Origin: Candidatus Altimarinota bacterium
GTDB taxonomy: Bacteria; Patescibacteriota; Gracilibacteria; CAIRYL01
Assembly: GCA_965250085.1 (NCBI GenBank)
Contig: OZ252287.1
Span: forward strand, 736,001-800,000
Length of the DNA stretch: 64,000 nt
Direction of reading: 5' to 3'
Part shown: positions 59,861-64,000 of the stretch, piece by piece
How the letters are laid out: every line of letters starts with the position of its first letter
Position numbering within the stretch: position 1 is the stretch's first letter
Notes under the pieces: generated by a model
Seen by the model: the letters and a program-made list of their open reading frames with translations, nothing else
What the model was told of the DNA's origin: nothing
The model's database searches: none
Made by a program: the position numbers and the translations under genes

Positions 59861-60706
59861 ATGAATGTACGAATGGTACTTGCAATGGGAGAAAATCGAG
59901 AAATCGGTACAAGCGGTTCTCTCCTATGGGATCTTCCTGATGATTTGAAACACTTTAAAGAAAAAACCTTGGGAAAACCGGTGATTATGGGACGCAAAAC
60001 ATTTCAAAGTATTGGAAAACCGTTGCCGGGCAGAACAAATATCATTGTAACCAGAAATGAATATTTTGAAGAAGCAACGTCTCGTGTTGTCCACTCTCTT
60101 GAAGAAGCATTTCAAGAAGCTCTTCAGGAAAACCCTGAAGAAATTTGTGTTATTGGAGGTGGTGAAATCTGTACATTAGCACTCCCCTATACTTCCCACC
60201 TTTCTCTTACCTTTGTAGATGGATCTTTTGCAGAAGCGGATGTGTTTTTTCCGGTTATCGATGAATCTGACTGGAAAGAAGCTTCTCGTGAACATCATGT
60301 TCCAGATCAAAAACATAAATATTCTTTTACGTTTATAGGATTTGAGCGAATGACTCCAGTCCAACCATTGCCGATATTGGGAACGGCAAACACTGAGTAC
60401 GTCCCTCAAAGTGAAGAATCTCAAGAAGAATCCATTCCAGAGAAAGTGGAAAGCACGGAAACAGAGGTGGCCGAAGATATCCCTGAGAAGGAAAACTCTC
60501 CTTCTTCCCCTCTTGCAGAAGAATCTGAAGAAAATACTTCTCAAAATGAAGAACCTCCCGTTTCTGAAGAAGTTATCTTGGAAGAGATCGTACCAGAAGA
60601 AAATACTGAGAGTCCTCCTTCAGAAAAAATAGAAACAGAATCTGAAAAAAAGGTTCCTGCCAATTCTGAAGAAATCGGTGCCGATGATCTGTCCTCATTG
60701 TTTTAA
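59861..60706 (+). CDS. folA: dihydrofolate reductase with acidic disordered C-terminal tail
   Basis: LLWDLPDDLKHFK, VIMGRKTF, PLPGR, IGGG, ADVFFP. Confidence 0.95.
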   Translation: MNVRMVLAMGENREIGTSGSLLWDLPDDLKHFKEKTLGKPVIMGRKTFQSIGKPLPGRTNIIVTRNEYFEEATSRVVHSLEEAFQEALQENPEEICVIGGGEICTLALPYTSHLSLTFVDGSFAEADVFFPVIDESDWKEASREHHVPDQKHKYSFTFIGFERMTPVQPLPILGTANTEYVPQSEESQEESIPEKVESTETEVAEDIPEKENSPSSPLAEESEENTSQNEEPPVSEEVILEEIVPEENTESPPSEKIETESEKKVPANSEEIGADDLSSLF

Positions 60707-60746
60707 ACAATTACCATTGTTTCTTCATTGGAACAAATTTTTCTGT

Positions 60747-60834
60747 CCCGCTTAAAAAGGGGGATCTTCGAGGGGGATTATTTGGAGAATATTTTACAAT
60801 AAACCCCTCTCAATCTCCCCTTGGGAAGGGGAGA
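60747..60834. repeat. REP-like CCCCTT..AAGGGG palindrome cluster
   Basis: Same family as 17871-17982, e.g. ctccccttgggaaggggag. Confidence 0.65.
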
Positions 60835-60943
60835 AGATTTTTAATTTTTCCACCGAAACCCCGCAGTGCGGATTTGGTTCTTTTTGGCTTCAAAAAGAAC
60901 ATTGTTCAATGAGGTGATCATCACTCGCTATCGAGCGACCTCT

Positions 60944-61007
60944 GCTTATTTCTTGTTTCTTATTTCTTAATTCTTGATTCTTAATTCTAAATTCTAAATT
61001 TTGCATT
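60944..61007. repeat. heptamer tandem repeat (CTTAATT-like)
   Basis: cttattt cttgttt cttattt cttaatt cttgatt cttaatt ctaaatt ctaaatt. Confidence 0.75.
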
Positions 61008-61015
61008 CTTCCTTC

Positions 61016-61807
61016 CTAAATTCCCAGGAAGCCTCCATACCATCTCCATATCCCTTCTCCCCAAAAATACGCGACAAAGGTGCCCAATACGAGAAAAGGG
61101 CCAAAGGGAATCATTGATTTTCCTTTTTTTCTTTGCAGTACAATCAAAATAATTCCCACAGCCGCCCCCAGGAAATAAGCAAGAAAAAGTGCTACCAATG
61201 TGTTTTGCCATCCCAGAAGAAATCCCATAATTGCTCCCAGGCGCAGATCGCCCAAGCCAATCCAAGCTCCTTTGGAGATGAGAAACAAAAGACCAAAAAA
61301 TCCTACTGGAATCATTGCTCCCCACACCGCACTTTGCCAAGAAGGCGTAAAGGAGAGGGGAAGAGAAAAAATAAGAAATATGAGCAGAGGAAGTGAAATC
61401 TCATCTGGAATCTCCATATATTTCAGATCATAGACAGTAACAATCAACAGCGTGGAGAAAACGATCAAGGAAAAGAAAAATTGCATCCACTCAGCAGATG
61501 GAGAGGGAAATGAAACGCTTTGGATCCATGTCAAAAATCCCCAAAGAACACCCATGCTCAGTTCCACGAGTGGATATTGAATTGATATCTTTTTATGACA
61601 ATATCGGCATTTGCCTCTAAGAAAAAGCCAAGAAAACACAGGTACAAGATCTGAGACACCAAGTACATGCTTACATTTGGGACACTCCGATCGACCAGTG
61701 CAAATCCCTTTTTGACCACTCCAAAGCCTGAGGATCACAACGTTTGCAAATGATCCAACAAAAAGGCCACATATGCTTGCAAGAAATGGAAAATACAAGA
61801 AATTCAT
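61016..61807 (-). CDS. pilD: prepilin peptidase
   Basis: GSFANVVI.R, RSECPKC, GKCRYC, YPLVE, GLGD, IPFGPFL. Confidence 0.93.
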   Translation of the reverse strand: MNFLYFPFLASICGLFVGSFANVVILRLWSGQKGICTGRSECPKCKHVLGVSDLVPVFSWLFLRGKCRYCHKKISIQYPLVELSMGVLWGFLTWIQSVSFPSPSAEWMQFFFSLIVFSTLLIVTVYDLKYMEIPDEISLPLLIFLIFSLPLSFTPSWQSAVWGAMIPVGFFGLLFLISKGAWIGLGDLRLGAIMGFLLGWQNTLVALFLAYFLGAAVGIILIVLQRKKGKSMIPFGPFLVLGTFVAYFWGEGIWRWYGGFLGI

Positions 61808-61909
61808 ACGTGCACAAGTATACGTGGTTTTGTCTGAGAAAAGGAGAGGAGAAAACTTGTAAAAAACATAAGAATATGATAAGATGATAGGATTATAAAA
61901 AATAAAAAT

Positions 61910-64000
61910 ATGAGGAGTTTTTTATTTCTCCGGTCCTCTTTTGATTCCCCTTTTGGGGAAAAAAGGAGAATATTTCAAAATGTTTCACCTGCGGAAGGGC
62001 TAAATTTGGAAAATAGGGAGGACGATGAAGAAGATGAGAAAAAGGGAGTGCAAAAGGAATCTTCCGAAAAAAGAGCAGGGCTCAGGGAAGACGTTAAAAA
62101 GAAAGAAGATAGTATCTTTAAAGATATAGAGTTTCTTTCAACAAAAGGAATAGACCAAAAAGATCATACTCATGAAATACAATCTATTTATGAGGAAATA
62201 AAAAAGAATCGAAAAGCACGGAAAATATATGAACCGCTTCAAGAAAGTGAAAAAGAGGGGGTGATAGCCCTGATAACAGCGCGGCTTCAGTCAGATGGAT
62301 ATGACCTGAAGGGACTGGATATAGGTGTAGGAGACTATGCTCTATTACAAGATAACACTAGGAGCATCAAAAAACTTGCAGAGGAAATCGTTTCGATCTG
62401 TGCAGAAGAAGAGGTCCGCATGAACCCTGATTGGCTAAATAAGTTATTTGAAAATCAAAAAAATATTCCTTTTGACTGGGGTGAATATAAGAATGGGGTT
62501 CCTGAAGAAGAAAACAAAAGGGTGCTGAATCATGTAAGAGCATGGGCAAAAAGTATACAAGAGCAGTTGCAAGATAGAAGGAGTGAATACGATAGGGAGA
62601 ATGAGCCACTGAATAAGGAAAAATTTAATCTTGAGTTTGAGCAAATGAAGCCGCTCGGACAATGGAGATATGAGCGCCCATTGAATATTCTTCCTATGGT
62701 TACTATATGGTCTGATATAGAAAGTTGGACCTTGGATACTCATGGTGACAATGTAGAAATATTTTATGACCCAGAATCAAGGGAGGTCAGGACAGAAAAT
62801 ATCAATATCGAAAAAATTGCAATTATTGATGAGAAATTACGAGTATTCTCCGCGATACTTTTAGATCCGGAAAATGGTAAGAAGTCACCATCATCCACAT
62901 TTTTTTTAAATACTTTTCCGGAAAGACTGGAAGAAACTCGAGTGCTTACAGACGATTTTATGGGAATTAGCGAAGATCCCGATAAGCAAACAGCAGAAAT
63001 ACTGCCCCTCATCTCTTCTCGCGCAAATATGCGTGTTGAAAGATACATGCTTCCTGTTATTTTGGGATGGAAGGGATCAGAGAAATTTTTGGCAGAAAAT
63101 GCGGAGCAGTATTGGGAACGCGGCAAAAAAGAATTTGCGAACAGATTTACCACCATCGAACAAAAGGAACTTCTTGTAAAAAATCTTGATCATGCGCTTG
63201 AGAGTACAGAAAGGGAGAGGGTCGATTTTGAAGCGGTGCTTATGCCAGATAACTTGCGAAAAAAAGCAAATAAACTCAGTCTTGAATATTGGCGTGGAGA
63301 AAATATTTCTGAAGAGCGAAAAAGGGAAATTGAGCAGTGGTTTGAGGGTGGCATGAGCTGGTTCAACGAAAGTATGCAAAGGAGTGAGGTTCGAAGTATT
63401 CGTCGTGGCGAATTTATGAGTGAAGAATATGAAAATACATGGAATACAATCCAAAAATTTTGCTATAGGCGAGAGCAACAAATACCTGGATTTACAGCTT
63501 GGCTGAGGGAAAAAATGAAAGAATATAAAGAGGAGATTGGGGAAGATATTGAGAAGCTCAAGGCTCACAACAAGGCTATGGATCAAATCAGAGAAGACCT
63601 TATTGAAGAAAAAACATCTCTTATAAAATACCTCAGAAATAGTAGCATAACCCCTCAAGACCTTGAGATTGATTTAGAAAAAATACATGAATACGCTCCT
63701 TGGTATACACTGGAAGATCATGCTTTTAATTTAGAAGACTTGGGCAGAATCGCACTCTCTCCAGAAGATGCTTCAAAATATCGAAAAGCAGAGGGTGAGA
63801 TTCTCAAGGCTATGAAAAAGAAAAAAGAGCAAAGTGAAACGCAATATAAAGAGCTTTCTGAAGCCATGTCTCAGATGAGAGAGGACCTGTTGCCACAAAA
63901 AACGATCTTGGTGGAATATCTTAAAAAGCATGGCGTAACCCCTCAGGACCTTGAGATTGATTTAGAAAAAATACATGAATACGCTCCTTGGTATACTCTG
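61910..64000 (+). CDS. large charged hypothetical protein, runs off window (missing from ORF track)
   Basis: Hand translation MRSFLFLRSSFDSPFGEKRRIFQ...; same frame at 63650 (TPQDLEIDLEKIHEYAPWYTL); 288-nt repeat near the end. Confidence 0.75.
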   Translation, partial: MRSFLFLRSSFDSPFGEKRRIFQNVSPAEGLNLENREDDEEDEKKGVQKESSEKRAGLREDVKKKEDSIFKDIEFLSTKGIDQKDHTHEIQSIYEEIKKNRKARKIYEPLQESEKEGVIALITARLQSDGYDLKGLDIGVGDYALLQDNTRSIKKLAEEIVSICAEEEVRMNPDWLNKLFENQKNIPFDWGEYKNGVPEEENKRVLNHVRAWAKSIQEQLQDRRSEYDRENEPLNKEKFNLEFEQMKPLGQWRYERPLNILPMVTIWSDIESWTLDTHGDNVEIFYDPESREVRTENINIEKIAIIDEKLRVFSAILLDPENGKKSPSSTFFLNTFPERLEETRVLTDDFMGISEDPDKQTAEILPLISSRANMRVERYMLPVILGWKGSEKFLAENAEQYWERGKKEFANRFTTIEQKELLVKNLDHALESTERERVDFEAVLMPDNLRKKANKLSLEYWRGENISEERKREIEQWFEGGMSWFNESMQRSEVRSIRRGEFMSEEYENTWNTIQKFCYRREQQIPGFTAWLREKMKEYKEEIGEDIEKLKAHNKAMDQIREDLIEEKTSLIKYLRNSSITPQDLEIDLEKIHEYAPWYTLEDHAFNLEDLGRIALSPEDASKYRKAEGEILKAMKKKKEQSETQYKELSEAMSQMREDLLPQKTILVEYLKKHGVTPQDLEIDLEKIHEYAPWYTL

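Noticed and set aside
1-64000. Alternative genetic code (UGA=Gly, as in Gracilibacteria/SR1)
   Set aside because: Conserved genes are full length in code 11, and several (gmk, eno, tsaD, ftsX) end at TGA at the expected length.

Overview
Low-GC chromosomal segment whose gene content resembles Patescibacteria/CPR, most like Peregrinibacteria (inference). It uses the standard genetic code, with TGA as a stop. The housekeeping backbone includes uvrC, eno, nadC, secF, tsaD, rpsA, recO, ftsX, thrS, purE, rpmF-nusB-rnc, hisS, gmk, folA and pilD, plus tRNA-Arg(CCT), tRNA-Thr(GGT) and tRNA-Gln(CTG). It also carries a giant repeat-rich surface protein next to a subtilisin. The main discovery is a ~9.4 kb island (44262-53652) integrated in the 3' end of tRNA-Gln by a large serine recombinase whose attachment site lies inside its own reading frame. 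When integrated, the enzyme ends in 7 aa read from the antisense strand of the tRNA. In the reconstructed excised circle it gains a different in-frame 45-aa C-terminus, and the rebuilt attP shows a symmetric inverted repeat. Other notable items are a cytidylyltransferase fused to a SerK/SbnI-like kinase domain, next to a CDP-alcohol phosphotransferase; a sigma54-activator AAA+ domain fused to three sigma4-like HTH repeats; a divergent CCA/poly(A)-polymerase-like nucleotidyltransferase; and two strongly structured non-coding regions. All product calls come from motif recognition by eye; no database searches were run.
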